Of a stretch of DNA of 64,000 nt, positions 1 to 9,352 are shown one piece after another (within the stretch, counting starts at the first letter, position 1; each line of letters opens with the position of its first letter). The notes under the pieces are model-generated. The model saw only the letters and a program-made list of their open reading frames with translations. It had not been told where the DNA came from and did no database searches. A program made the translations under genes and the position numbers. The stretch is from a virus (Duplodnaviria; Caudoviricetes), in IMG/VR virus record IMGVR_UViG_3300031555_003522, positions 96,001-160,000 of that record; one strand, 5' to 3'.

Positions 1-236
1 AGTAAAACCGCAAGCTAATGGCGGAAGAAAAATCCGGCTCCTTTATAAAGTCACCCATTTATAAAGGATGAATATATAGTCTATACACTATTGAAAAATA
101 GTGGTACCCTATGGTGACAGAAGGTACTCTTATAAAGTTGCGTTTATAAGAAACTATCAATATCTAACGTAATTTAATCAATATATTCTCTCTAACCTTT
201 CATTAATTCTATATGATGAAAGGAGGTGTAAAACAG

Positions 237-1415
237 ATGGCTCAAAAATGTAAAGCCAATTCTGATAATTTGCGCGGTCATAAAGTTAGAATATATCCTA
301 CTGAAGAGCAAAAGGATAAAATACTATCTTTTATAGATTCATATAGAGCTATTTATAATATAGCTATTGGGTCTCAGATAGATTATTATCGTTCTGGCGG
401 AATATTTATTACATTTAATCAAATGTGTAAGAAATTTGCCGATATGAGAAATAATAATGAGAATTTCAAATGGCTAAATAATATGTCTATAGGAATTATA
501 AGAGAAGCTTTAATAGATGCTGATGTAGCATTTACAAAATTCTTTGCTAAGATTAATAGATTTCCTAAATTTAAGTCTAAGAAAAGATCTAAAAAATCAT
601 TTGGAACTAGATCCGATAGGTGTCATATCGATGGAAGAAATATTTATATATCAGGAGTAGGTTTGGTTGATGCTAAAGATCATCATATTCCAGAAGGGGT
701 TAGAATGTATAAAACCAGAATAACTTACGACGGATATGATAAATTTTGGTTTTCATGTACAACCGAAAAAGATATGGAATTTCTTCCTATTGAAGGATTA
801 GGTAAGCCTATAGGTGTTGATGTGGGTATAAGACACATGATAACAACATCGGATGGCGAAGTTTATGAACTATCAAATTTTTCGAAATTAAACAAAAGAC
901 TTAAACAAAAAACGCGAAGAGCTATGCGCTCTATGAGGAAATATATAAATCAATCAAAACGTACGAAAATCAAGTATGAGGATATACCAAAATCTAAGAA
1001 TCACTATAAACGAATGAAAGAATGGGTTAAGATTAGTAATCGTATAGAGAATAAAAAATCTTATGATACTAATGTGGCTACTAGACGTATAATAGATAAA
1101 CATCCTTCTGCTATTGTAATAGAGGATTTGTGTTTATCTAAAATGCGAAAAAGAAATTGGATGAAGAAATTCGTACCACAAATAGTATTTAGAGATATAC
1201 ACAGACAATTGGAATATAAGGCTGCTGAATTAGGTATACCTGTAATAAAAGCAGATCGATTATACCCATCATCACAATTGTGTAGTAATTGCGGTTCAAT
1301 ACGTAAACTTAATTCTTCCGTTTATAAATGTAAAGTTTGTGGATTACGGATAGATCGTGATCTGAATGCTGCTATAAATCTTAGAAATTTGGCATATAAA
1401 AATGCATATGTTTAG
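237..1415 (+). CDS. tnpB: TnpB RNA-guided endonuclease (IS607/IS605-type)
   Basis: N-terminal HTH (KVRIYPTEEQK), FPKFKSKK, RuvC-I GVDVG, RuvC-II VIEDL, Zn finger CSNC..CKVC, RuvC-III DRDLNAAINL; all three acidic catalytic residues are present. RBS AGGAGGTG at 221-228 favours ATG 237 over 213. Confidence 0.95.
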   Translation: MAQKCKANSDNLRGHKVRIYPTEEQKDKILSFIDSYRAIYNIAIGSQIDYYRSGGIFITFNQMCKKFADMRNNNENFKWLNNMSIGIIREALIDADVAFTKFFAKINRFPKFKSKKRSKKSFGTRSDRCHIDGRNIYISGVGLVDAKDHHIPEGVRMYKTRITYDGYDKFWFSCTTEKDMEFLPIEGLGKPIGVDVGIRHMITTSDGEVYELSNFSKLNKRLKQKTRRAMRSMRKYINQSKRTKIKYEDIPKSKNHYKRMKEWVKISNRIENKKSYDTNVATRRIIDKHPSAIVIEDLCLSKMRKRNWMKKFVPQIVFRDIHRQLEYKAAELGIPVIKADRLYPSSQLCSNCGSIRKLNSSVYKCKVCGLRIDRDLNAAINLRNLAYKNAYV

Positions 1416-1467
1416 TTTGCATATTACCACTTTCGGTGGATAGTGATATAATGTAAAAAGAATATAT

Positions 1468-1638
1468 GTACCGTGCACTATACACGGGAGTTAAAGCCTT
1501 TGGAGAGCCTCGTACCACGAAATTTATCTAAATTTTGTGGCCGACATGTACTCGCGATATATGTTGGAGGGGTTCTGTGAATTAGGAAATCATACTTAAC
1601 ACGTACAATAATTACGTTAGAAGTTGATATATAGAAGG
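1468..1638 (+). ncRNA. TnpB omegaRNA scaffold / transposon right end
   Basis: Immediately 3' of tnpB: hairpins 1471-1487, 1515-1540, 1541-1567, stem 1505-1511/1569-1575, TGAATTAGGAA, terminal hairpin 1590-1628, ending ..AGAAGG. The layout resembles IS607-type right ends. Confidence 0.75.
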
Positions 1639-2632
1639 CAAGTCGAGCACAATGATGAATATCTTATATCAGTTAAAGAAGTATAATCGTGACTATAAAA
1701 CAAAAGACCCGACGAAGAGACCATGTATCGTATTATTGACAATGGAGAATACAGTTATAGAGTCTATTGATCGACTCTTTAATATGGCTACAGGTCATAA
1801 GAGGATGACGGATTACTCTCCTGAGGGAGCAATGAGAATGTTCAGAGAAGAGGGTGAGCTATATCTAACGGATGAATCTCCGATAGATATCATCATCAAA
1901 TTTGAACCTTCTAATTCTGTGGACACAAGTTATCTATATACTCTTACCGAAGATCTTGAAGATCAAGGTATGGAAGTAATAGCACTATTCCAGGATTATA
2001 TTGGCCGTATTCGTTCAACTGAACGGCTCCAAGAAACTCGTTTGGAATATGGTGCAATTGTTGATGAGTTTAAAACATTTGCTGAGATTAAAGATATTCC
2101 TGTAATAACTGCTGCTCAGCTAAACAGAGATGCTTCTAAGCATATAGATGAAGGTCGTAAAGCCAGTAAGTCCGATCTTGTTAGACTTATTGGTAGATCT
2201 AATATTAGTGAGTCTATGTTGATCCTGAACAATATCGATGCAGGATTCCTGATAGCTCCAGAAACTACTCAAACAAATGAAAGATATCTTGGTGTACAAA
2301 GAATAAAAATTAGATATGATGCTGGAGATAGAGAATTTGTATACTTGCCATTTGTCGGCGATACACTAAAGCTAGAGGAAGATTTTGGAAGGGTTGCCGT
2401 ATTTAAGACAACTATGAAAAATGATCCCTTTGGTGGACAAATTGGCACAAATAAATCTCAGTATCAAACTAATACAATTATGGATCTTGGCCAGGTTATG
2501 AGATCTTCCGGAAATGAGAATAATATGTTCTCGGCCAAGGTCATGAGTGGATCTATGGATACTTTAGCAAATAAAAGTTCCATGGTATTCACAGAACTTG
2601 TTGAACCAATTATATTCGATGATGTTGTATAA
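1634..2632 (+). CDS. dnaB: DnaB-like replicative helicase, 3' exon
   Basis: In-frame (E)GKS Walker A remnant just upstream of ATG 1652; LTME, FQDYI (Walker B), ITAAQLNR, ISES motifs. Confidence 0.88.
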   Translation, partial: EGKSSTMMNILYQLKKYNRDYKTKDPTKRPCIVLLTMENTVIESIDRLFNMATGHKRMTDYSPEGAMRMFREEGELYLTDESPIDIIIKFEPSNSVDTSYLYTLTEDLEDQGMEVIALFQDYIGRIRSTERLQETRLEYGAIVDEFKTFAEIKDIPVITAAQLNRDASKHIDEGRKASKSDLVRLIGRSNISESMLILNNIDAGFLIAPETTQTNERYLGVQRIKIRYDAGDREFVYLPFVGDTLKLEEDFGRVAVFKTTMKNDPFGGQIGTNKSQYQTNTIMDLGQVMRSSGNENNMFSAKVMSGSMDTLANKSSMVFTELVEPIIFDDVV

Positions 2633-2635
2633 ATA

Positions 2636-2680
2636 AAATAGGCTAGAGGTTGAATCCTCTAGCCTATTTATTTTTTTTTT
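2636..2680. terminator. Bidirectional intrinsic terminator
   Basis: AAATAGGCTAGAGG-loop-CCTCTAGCCTATTT plus T-run, between convergent genes. Confidence 0.85.
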
Positions 2681-3095
2681 AATCTTTTTTATCATTATAA
2701 AATGATATAGCTTTAGCTTCAGAATTATATATATGGCTTATTAAAGATGACATATGATCTTTTCTAAGCATTTTAAGTCTCGGCTTAGTAAACTCTTTTA
2801 CATCTGCCATATCATTTAAGAGAAGTATTATAAAGTATAGTTCCGGATTACCATAGATATCATAGCATAAGACTTTAGGCTTATAGAAATATGCCCACTG
2901 TTGTGCCTCAGTAAGTTCAACGGTAACACAAGCATTTTTAAGCTCAGCTAAATAATCATTTACAACATTCAATACGGTAACCCAAGTTCCATTACTTATT
3001 TTATCTACAAAAGATAGATCCATATAATCTATACTAACGCTTTTACCAGATTCGATAAATTCCTCTATAGTCGTTGTTTCTTGAGGTAAAGACAT
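2679..3095 (-). CDS. LysM-like baseplate wedge protein (T4 gp53-like)
   Basis: Motif YKPKVLCYDIYGNPELYFIILLLN. Confidence 0.65.
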   Translation of the reverse strand: MSLPQETTTIEEFIESGKSVSIDYMDLSFVDKISNGTWVTVLNVVNDYLAELKNACVTVELTEAQQWAYFYKPKVLCYDIYGNPELYFIILLLNDMADVKEFTKPRLKMLRKDHMSSLISHIYNSEAKAISFYNDKKD

Positions 3096-3231
3096 CTCAA
3101 AGGCCTCGCTTCCTATAATTATTAATCCTATGGGGAACTATTATTTAATTAATAGTTCGGGCTTACTCAATTATATTACAGTTCTTGGGTGTTGTAGCCC
3201 AAGAACTAATTTTATTTAGAGGTATTAAACT

Positions 3232-3699
3232 ATGAATGACTTTGATAAGGAAATCAATCTCAAAATCATGCAGGAACTGGGTTTAGAGCCCAATAGACAC
3301 AGACAATTAATAGATCAAGATTCTGGAATGGCTATTGCTATTAATGGCATGCCAGTAATGGCTCCTGGTTATTATGGTGGTCGCAACTCTATTGAATTTG
3401 ATCCGTATAATAATAAAAAGATGATGAATCAGTTATTCGGTCTTTTCTTAGAAAAATATGCCGATGAAAATGGCGTAAATGTATCTGCTTTCTATAATAT
3501 CGATGGGAAAGATAATTCTGGTCGAGTAGAATGTAAGTTTAGTGATAATCAGACAGTTACATCTGAAAGCTATTCTAGGGATACTTTAAAGTATGTAGAT
3601 ATAGTTATGCAACTTAATGGAGATAGCAGATGTAGCGAAGATCTTCGTAAATATGATATTGTAGAAAAGAAGCAAGCGGTTAGAGCAAAAAGGGGTTAA
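3232..3699 (+). CDS. Hypothetical protein
   Basis: 155-aa ORF with GAGGT RBS. Confidence 0.8.
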   Translation: MNDFDKEINLKIMQELGLEPNRHRQLIDQDSGMAIAINGMPVMAPGYYGGRNSIEFDPYNNKKMMNQLFGLFLEKYADENGVNVSAFYNIDGKDNSGRVECKFSDNQTVTSESYSRDTLKYVDIVMQLNGDSRCSEDLRKYDIVEKKQAVRAKRG

Positions 3700-3702
3700 G
3701 CT

Positions 3703-4911
3703 ATGGGAAATATAGTACTAACCCCAAAGCAGCAATCTATCGTAGATGCTGCTGTAAAATGGTATTATAATTCATCTGAACAGATATTCCAATTTGCCGG
3801 TAATCCTGGTACTGGTAAGTCTGTTGTTATGGATGCAATTATAAAAGCTATCGGAATAGAGCCTATGGCTGTAGCTCCTATGGCATATGTAGGAGCTGCA
3901 TCAATAAATATGAGACTAAAGGGTTTGACAAATGCTAAAACAATTCATTCCTGGATTTATGAAATCGTAGAAGTTCCTGTTAGGGATGAATTAGGACGCA
4001 TTAAGATGAATGAATACTTTAATCGTCCGGAGTTTGTATATAAATATAGACTTAAAGATTTATCTCATATAGATCTTATAGCAATAGATGAGGGTGGAAC
4101 GGTTCCACTTAAAATGAGAAATGATATTTTAAGTCTTGGTAAAAAGGTTCTTGTTGCTGGGGATCTTGATCAATTACCTCCAGTTGTTGATCAACCAGCA
4201 TTTTTGGTGGATGGAGAGATTCACGTATTAGATGAAATCCTTAGGCAGGCTGCAAATTCAGCAATTATATATTTATGCCAAAGGGCTAAGAAAGGACTTC
4301 CTATCCATACTGGAATGTATGGTAATGAAGTTATGGTTATGGAAGAAAAAGATTTCCTTCCTATAGCCCCTCAAATGTTGCTTGCTGCTGGGGTTGTATT
4401 ATGCGCAAAAAATGAAACTAGAGCCAAATATACAGATCTTATTCGTCATGATGTTCTTCATAAGCACAGTATTCTACCAGATCAAGGTGAGAAATTGATC
4501 TGCAAAATGAATGACTGGAGAATGGAAAGTGGCGGAATTAATCTAACAAATGGTCTTACAGGTCGTGTTATAAATCAGCCGGATGTTTCTACATTCGATG
4601 GAAAATGCTTTAGAATTGATTTTATGCCAGATCTAGGCAATGCGCCATTTATGGAACTTCCTGTTGACTATGAATATTTCTCTGCAGATCCTCAAATGAA
4701 GAAGGATATGAAGAATTTTAATTTCCGTAATGGAGAAGCTTTCGAATATGGATACGTTCAAACTGTTCATACTGCTCAAGGATCTCAGTGGACTAATGGT
4801 ATTTATTTTGAAGAATGGCTTCCTCAAAATAATAATCAGCTTCATTATACAGCCTTAAGTAGATTCAGGAGTAAATGTATCTATATTAAGAAAAATAGAA
4901 AGTATTGGTAG
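3703..4911 (+). CDS. SF1B (RecD/Dda-like) DNA helicase
   Basis: GNPGTGKS, TIHS, IDE, GDLDQLPPV, EILRQ, TVHTAQGSQW, YTALSR. Confidence 0.92.
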   Translation: MGNIVLTPKQQSIVDAAVKWYYNSSEQIFQFAGNPGTGKSVVMDAIIKAIGIEPMAVAPMAYVGAASINMRLKGLTNAKTIHSWIYEIVEVPVRDELGRIKMNEYFNRPEFVYKYRLKDLSHIDLIAIDEGGTVPLKMRNDILSLGKKVLVAGDLDQLPPVVDQPAFLVDGEIHVLDEILRQAANSAIIYLCQRAKKGLPIHTGMYGNEVMVMEEKDFLPIAPQMLLAAGVVLCAKNETRAKYTDLIRHDVLHKHSILPDQGEKLICKMNDWRMESGGINLTNGLTGRVINQPDVSTFDGKCFRIDFMPDLGNAPFMELPVDYEYFSADPQMKKDMKNFNFRNGEAFEYGYVQTVHTAQGSQWTNGIYFEEWLPQNNNQLHYTALSRFRSKCIYIKKNRKYW

Positions 4912-4921
4912 GTGGATTTAT

Positions 4922-5509
4922 ATGTCTAATGAAGATAAAAAGCTAGTACAACCTATTATATTTAATGATGAGAATACTAGCAAACAAGACGAAAATGCTA
5001 AACTTATAAGACCAATAATTTTCGATGCCCCGACTAAGGACGTTGAAGAAAAGACGTATATCATTCTATACAATATAGATCCAGAAGATGATATGGATGA
5101 AATATATAGTAGAATTTTCTCTGTATGTATAGGAAGAACAGATGCATATTTCGATATTAAAGAAAAATTAACCTCTGGACTTGGCGTGAATATTTACACA
5201 TCTAAAGTTATTACAGAGACTAAGCAGACTGAAACAGAGAGTGGGGATACGAAGTATTATCTTCTTCCTTATGATGAATGTGTGAATATTTATGCATTCT
5301 GTACTGGTATCCAATCATTTTATGGAGAAGATGGTTTTGATATAAATGATTATGTCAATAATGGTTCTCCCGATGATAAGGATGATATGGAGAATAATAC
5401 ATTCTTTCTAACTCCAGAGCAGAAGGCTTATAGAGCTATGATAGATGAAGCTATGAATATGCGAAGAAGTACTAATAACCCGCAGTCTAATGACAATCCT
5501 ACTGTATAA
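4922..5509 (+). CDS. Acidic hypothetical protein with two N-terminal PIIF motifs
   Basis: 195-aa ORF; VQPIIFND and IRPIIFD. Confidence 0.8.
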   Translation: MSNEDKKLVQPIIFNDENTSKQDENAKLIRPIIFDAPTKDVEEKTYIILYNIDPEDDMDEIYSRIFSVCIGRTDAYFDIKEKLTSGLGVNIYTSKVITETKQTETESGDTKYYLLPYDECVNIYAFCTGIQSFYGEDGFDINDYVNNGSPDDKDDMENNTFFLTPEQKAYRAMIDEAMNMRRSTNNPQSNDNPTV

Positions 5510-5530
5510 AAATAATATAAGATTTGATCA

Positions 5531-5545
5531 TATATTATTTATATG
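5531..5545 (+). promoter_or_regulatory. Putative early promoter TATATTAT-N5-TG (representative copy)
   Basis: Same spacing at 8683, 20090, 23168, 26916, 31060, 35776, 45271, 46930 and on the minus strand near 62730; variants at 7557, 14712, 15931, 18153, 18663. Resembles the phiKZ early TATATTAC. Confidence 0.8.
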
Positions 5546-5598
5546 AAAACTATTAAAGTTTATTATGAATATCAAATACACATAAGGAGAATCAAATT

Positions 5599-6012
5599 AT
5601 GGGAAACAATAATAACAAAAATAAAAAACGTAGTATGCCTAAGAATCCTGATCCATTGTCCAATGCTAAGGTAATGGGCAGAGAGGGCATGAAAATGATT
5701 CGTAATATCGCATTTGGTAATTTCAACTTTTATAACGAGGGACATGTGTTCCGTAATCCTGATTTTGTCAGAAATATCATAATTGAAGTGGATAAGAGAA
5801 TTCTTGATGCTAGTATTCATCTTACTGCTTTAAATTATGCGTATCCTGGAACAAATGAGCCGAGTGTACTTGGTTTGATCCATAGAGATACGAAGACTTA
5901 TGAAGGATACATGCTTGTACGACAGGTTCTTGAAGGTATTCTGAAGACTGGAGACACACGTCTTCTTTATACACTCATGACCAAATTGCCTGAGTATAAG
6001 TACAATATGTAA
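5599..6012 (+). CDS. Hypothetical protein (candidate sRNA target)
   Basis: 137-aa ORF, AAGGAG RBS, own promoter and terminator. Confidence 0.85.
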   Translation: MGNNNNKNKKRSMPKNPDPLSNAKVMGREGMKMIRNIAFGNFNFYNEGHVFRNPDFVRNIIIEVDKRILDASIHLTALNYAYPGTNEPSVLGLIHRDTKTYEGYMLVRQVLEGILKTGDTRLLYTLMTKLPEYKYNM

Positions 6013-6100
6013 CATTTTAATAAGAGCAATGGACATAGGGCTTGGCTCTATGTCCATATTTCTTTATTATAATTATCTTTTTTTATAAGGAGGAAAAATA

Positions 6101-7438
6101 ATGGATGCTAAACAGATCCAACTGTTAAAGGAAACACATATGCAGGAAGTAGAAAAGGAAGATGGTACTAAAACTACTCTTGGTGCATATATGCGTTTCT
6201 GCTTAGATGGCGGTATTGATTTTGTAACATCTAAAGATCTCGTTGTCTTTGATGATGCAAATAATATGCTGCATTGTGTTGCTGTTAATGAAGATGGTAA
6301 ATCTCAGTGCAATTATCCTGTTAAGGTTATTAGCACAGACTATGGTATCGTACAGCAGGTAGAATCTATCTATAGTCAGAAGGACTTCGAAAAGGCTTTG
6401 AATAGTGGATTCCTGAAGGATGTTGTAAGTGAAGAAAAGCGCAATGCTATGTTGGCTTGGTCTCGCAATATTCGTAATCAGGCCATTCAGCCCAGTCGTC
6501 CTACTCCCTACTATACCATCGACCCCACTATTATACCTATGGGTAATACATCTATGCCTCGTGTAGATGGACTTACTGGTACGACTGGTAATTCTGCTCC
6601 TGTAATTCGTTCTGCATCTTCTGCCGCAGAATTGACCAAACTGATGAGTAGCGGTTCTTTGAAATCTGGAGATAGCATTGTTGTTGATGCAGATGTTGTC
6701 TTTGATGAAGATTTCACATTCAAGGGTGATGGTATTACCCTACGTTCCAATGGTGCCACTTTCAATGGTGTATTGACTGCTGAAGGTAAGGATATCAACA
6801 TTACTGGATTTAACTTCGCATGTACAAATGATGAAACAGATGCATATGCGGCAAAGGGCACAGCAATGGTTAAGATCGATGGTACTGCTACTATTACTGG
6901 TTGTACTTTTAAGCCCACTGGTAAGTACTATAATGCTATCAATGCTAATGGTAATCTGACTCTGGAGTCTAATAACTTTGAAGCTTGTGAAGATAACGTA
7001 TACAATCTGATCGAGTTCTCTCAGAGGGAGGACCAGAAGATTGCTAATGTAGAAATCTCTTACAATACGTTTGCTAAGGGTGCTTCTAAAAATAATACAA
7101 TTAGCATGTTCCAGTTCGAGGATGGTGCAACAATCAATATCCTCAATAACATTTGGGATTATGCTGCTAATGCTATTCGTATCAGTAATTATAGTAAGGC
7201 TATTGGTGTCATTATCAACTGCGTGGATAATGAATACAAGGAAACTTCTGAAGATGAATATGCTGGATTCTTGCTTGCTCAAGGTACCGAACAGAATAAG
7301 GATATGTCCGGTATTACGGTTAATCTTATCCGTCTGGTTGGCCCCAATGGTAATACTGTTACCAAAAATGGTACTGGTAATGATCAGGTCTGGTATACCT
7401 ATGGTACAGAGGTTGACCCTGTCGTTAAGTTCCATTAA
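6101..7438 (+). CDS. Protein with C-terminal parallel beta-helix (pectin-lyase-like), possibly virion-associated
   Basis: Repeating ITGFNF/ITGCTF/LESNNF/ISYNTF/ILNNIW strands; strong RBS. Confidence 0.65.
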   Translation: MDAKQIQLLKETHMQEVEKEDGTKTTLGAYMRFCLDGGIDFVTSKDLVVFDDANNMLHCVAVNEDGKSQCNYPVKVISTDYGIVQQVESIYSQKDFEKALNSGFLKDVVSEEKRNAMLAWSRNIRNQAIQPSRPTPYYTIDPTIIPMGNTSMPRVDGLTGTTGNSAPVIRSASSAAELTKLMSSGSLKSGDSIVVDADVVFDEDFTFKGDGITLRSNGATFNGVLTAEGKDINITGFNFACTNDETDAYAAKGTAMVKIDGTATITGCTFKPTGKYYNAINANGNLTLESNNFEACEDNVYNLIEFSQREDQKIANVEISYNTFAKGASKNNTISMFQFEDGATINILNNIWDYAANAIRISNYSKAIGVIINCVDNEYKETSEDEYAGFLLAQGTEQNKDMSGITVNLIRLVGPNGNTVTKNGTGNDQVWYTYGTEVDPVVKFH

Positions 7439-7709
7439 TACTTTACTAGAAAATGAACTAACTAATACATGTAGGGGTTTATGCCCCTACATGTATATAC
7501 TATTTTGCCAATCTATTTATTGTTATATTTTACTAGACTAAACGCAAAAATAACGATATAATATATTGGTGACCTCAGTATAAAGGGCGGATGTTTTCAT
7601 CCACCTTTTCATTATTAAATTATATCCCTAGCAACAAATTTATAATGGAAAAGTGATGTTTATATCTGATCCAAAATAAAATTCAAAATCATTATTAGGA
7701 GGAACAAAC

Positions 7710-8576
7710 ATGAACAACGCACAGTTTTATCCCAACAACGCCTACGCAAATCCTTATGGCGTCAACTACGCTGTCCCCGCTAAGCCCCAGGCGAAGAATG
7801 GCCAGCCTCTGACTCAGGAAGAGATCAATCACCTGAGATCTATGTCTGGTGCTGAAACTCTTGATATCAAGATCAGCACTGATGACGTTCTGATCGCTAA
7901 GTGTACTCACCGTGAGAAGAATGGCACAGATTCCCTGGTTAACCTTGGTGGTGACCGTTGGCGCTGCACGATTTGTGGCCAGGAGTTCAACATGTTCAAT
8001 GGAACCGTCGAAGAAGTCACTAATGCTGTTGGTACCATTATTGATATCCTGCAGACTTCTAAGTCCATCTATCGTGATGCTCCGGATAGCTTGACCGGCC
8101 AGTATTATCAGCTGATTCCTCTGCTGAAGAAGCTGCCCAACGTCTTCCAGGCATCTCTGAACAATTTCTCCAAGTATGAAAATTGGCAGCAGGCTCCCGA
8201 ATTCACTGCTAATGGCTACTATCCCGGCTTTACCGCTATGCATAATCTGTTGACCGGTCAGTTCATGCCCGGCATGGCTCCTGGCTATGGCTATCAGCAG
8301 CCCGCATACGGTTATCAGCAGCCCATGATGCAGCCCATGCAGGGTGGTTATGCACCTAACCCTGTTGTGACTCCTCAGCCCACTGCTGGTTATTATCAGC
8401 AGCCTGTGATGCAGCAGTACGATCCCAGCGGTAATCCTCTGGCTTACGGTGCTCCTGTTGCTCCTGCACCCGTAGCTCCCGCTCCTGGTGCAATTCCCGC
8501 TGCTCCCGTAGCAGCACCTGCAGCTGCTCCCGCTGCTCAGTCTGAGGTTCAGCAGACAGCTGTCTTCAATGTGTAA
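7710..8576 (+). CDS. Zn-ribbon protein with Q/P/Y/A low-complexity tail
   Basis: CTH..CTIC; C-ending-rich codon usage; both promoter motifs upstream (7557, 7633); terminator 8612-8651. Confidence 0.85.
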   Translation: MNNAQFYPNNAYANPYGVNYAVPAKPQAKNGQPLTQEEINHLRSMSGAETLDIKISTDDVLIAKCTHREKNGTDSLVNLGGDRWRCTICGQEFNMFNGTVEEVTNAVGTIIDILQTSKSIYRDAPDSLTGQYYQLIPLLKKLPNVFQASLNNFSKYENWQQAPEFTANGYYPGFTAMHNLLTGQFMPGMAPGYGYQQPAYGYQQPMMQPMQGGYAPNPVVTPQPTAGYYQQPVMQQYDPSGNPLAYGAPVAPAPVAPAPGAIPAAPVAAPAAAPAAQSEVQQTAVFNV

Positions 8577-8724
8577 GATTTAGCTAAATCCTATACAATG
8601 AAATAATACCTAAAGAGGGTAGAAGAGAAATCTTCTACCCTCTTTCTCTTTCATATGTATATTTCATTTTTCCTTTTATTTGTATATTATTAATATGACG
8701 AAAATAAAGGAAGGAGATAACTCC

Positions 8725-9273
8725 ATGCAAAAGATGAAAGTATATAGAATTGAATTGTGTGATAGAGGTAATTCAATAACTTATGAGCCTTATATCCCAA
8801 AGAGTGTTGCGCATTATGAGGATCATCATACTCCTCGTATTCCATGTGCACCTACAATATTAGGATGCTTAAGATCACTTCAGATCACCCAAAATCCCGA
8901 TATAGATAAACATCAACTCGATAATCACTATGTAAACCTATATTTATATGAGGCATATGTAGATGTAGAATTTCTTCATGCGCCTACAGAAACAGAAGTA
9001 TTTGATGCTTTCTTTACAGGAGAGTTATGGATACTAAATACAGATATCACTTTCTTTAAAGTAAGTGAGTATAGAATTAGAAAACATATGGAACTTCCTA
9101 ATTGTGCCTATAATAGATATGCTATTACTAGAGCGGATGGAGATGAGGTTCTTGATATGATAGCCACAGCTGCAGTATACGGAGATGAAACTACTTTTAG
9201 TTATATCGACTTTGATCCTGATCGTGCAGCTTCGGCTAGAGCTTATGCGGAGACTAATCAATTATATCCGTAA
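8725..9273 (+). CDS. Hypothetical phage protein
   Basis: GGAG RBS before ATG 8725; TPRIPCAPTILGCL and FTGELW motifs. Confidence 0.8.
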   Translation: MQKMKVYRIELCDRGNSITYEPYIPKSVAHYEDHHTPRIPCAPTILGCLRSLQITQNPDIDKHQLDNHYVNLYLYEAYVDVEFLHAPTETEVFDAFFTGELWILNTDITFFKVSEYRIRKHMELPNCAYNRYAITRADGDEVLDMIATAAVYGDETTFSYIDFDPDRAASARAYAETNQLYP

Positions 9274-9298
9274 TCTTATAGTCTCCAAATAGCCTAAT

Positions 9299-9310
9299 AA
9301 CAACTAATTA
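9299..9310 (+). promoter_or_regulatory. Putative late promoter AACA-N6-TA (representative copy, before gyrB)
   Basis: Same motif at 7633, 19216, 19781, 23703, 43793, 45145, 49269 and on the minus strand before the sheath and fibre genes. Matches the AR9 nvRNAP consensus AACA-N6-TA/G. Low information content in AT-rich DNA. Confidence 0.7.
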
Positions 9311-9352
9311 AGCGTTGTAAGACGTAAAACTACGAAAGGTGGAAGTATTAGA

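Larger units (their letters stand above)
1..1638 (+). mobile_element. 3' part of a group I intron carrying tnpB and omegaRNA (IStron-like), interrupting the helicase Walker A; 5' end lies outside the window
   Basis: P7-like GAATATATAGTCT at 70-82 is followed by P9-type hairpins (CACTATT-GAAA-AATAGTG, GTACC..GGTAC, CTTATAAA..TTTATAAG), as in the other introns here. Segment 155-174 pairs with 1610-1629, bracketing tnpB. The helicase frame resumes as E-G-K-S-S-T-M. The exact 3' splice site (1633-1638) is unresolved without exon 1. Confidence 0.85.

Noticed and set aside
1590-1610. ATCATACTTAACACGTACAAT as an internal fixed TnpB guide
   Set aside because: It base-pairs with 1613-1628 as the terminal scaffold hairpin, and I saw no matching target in the window.
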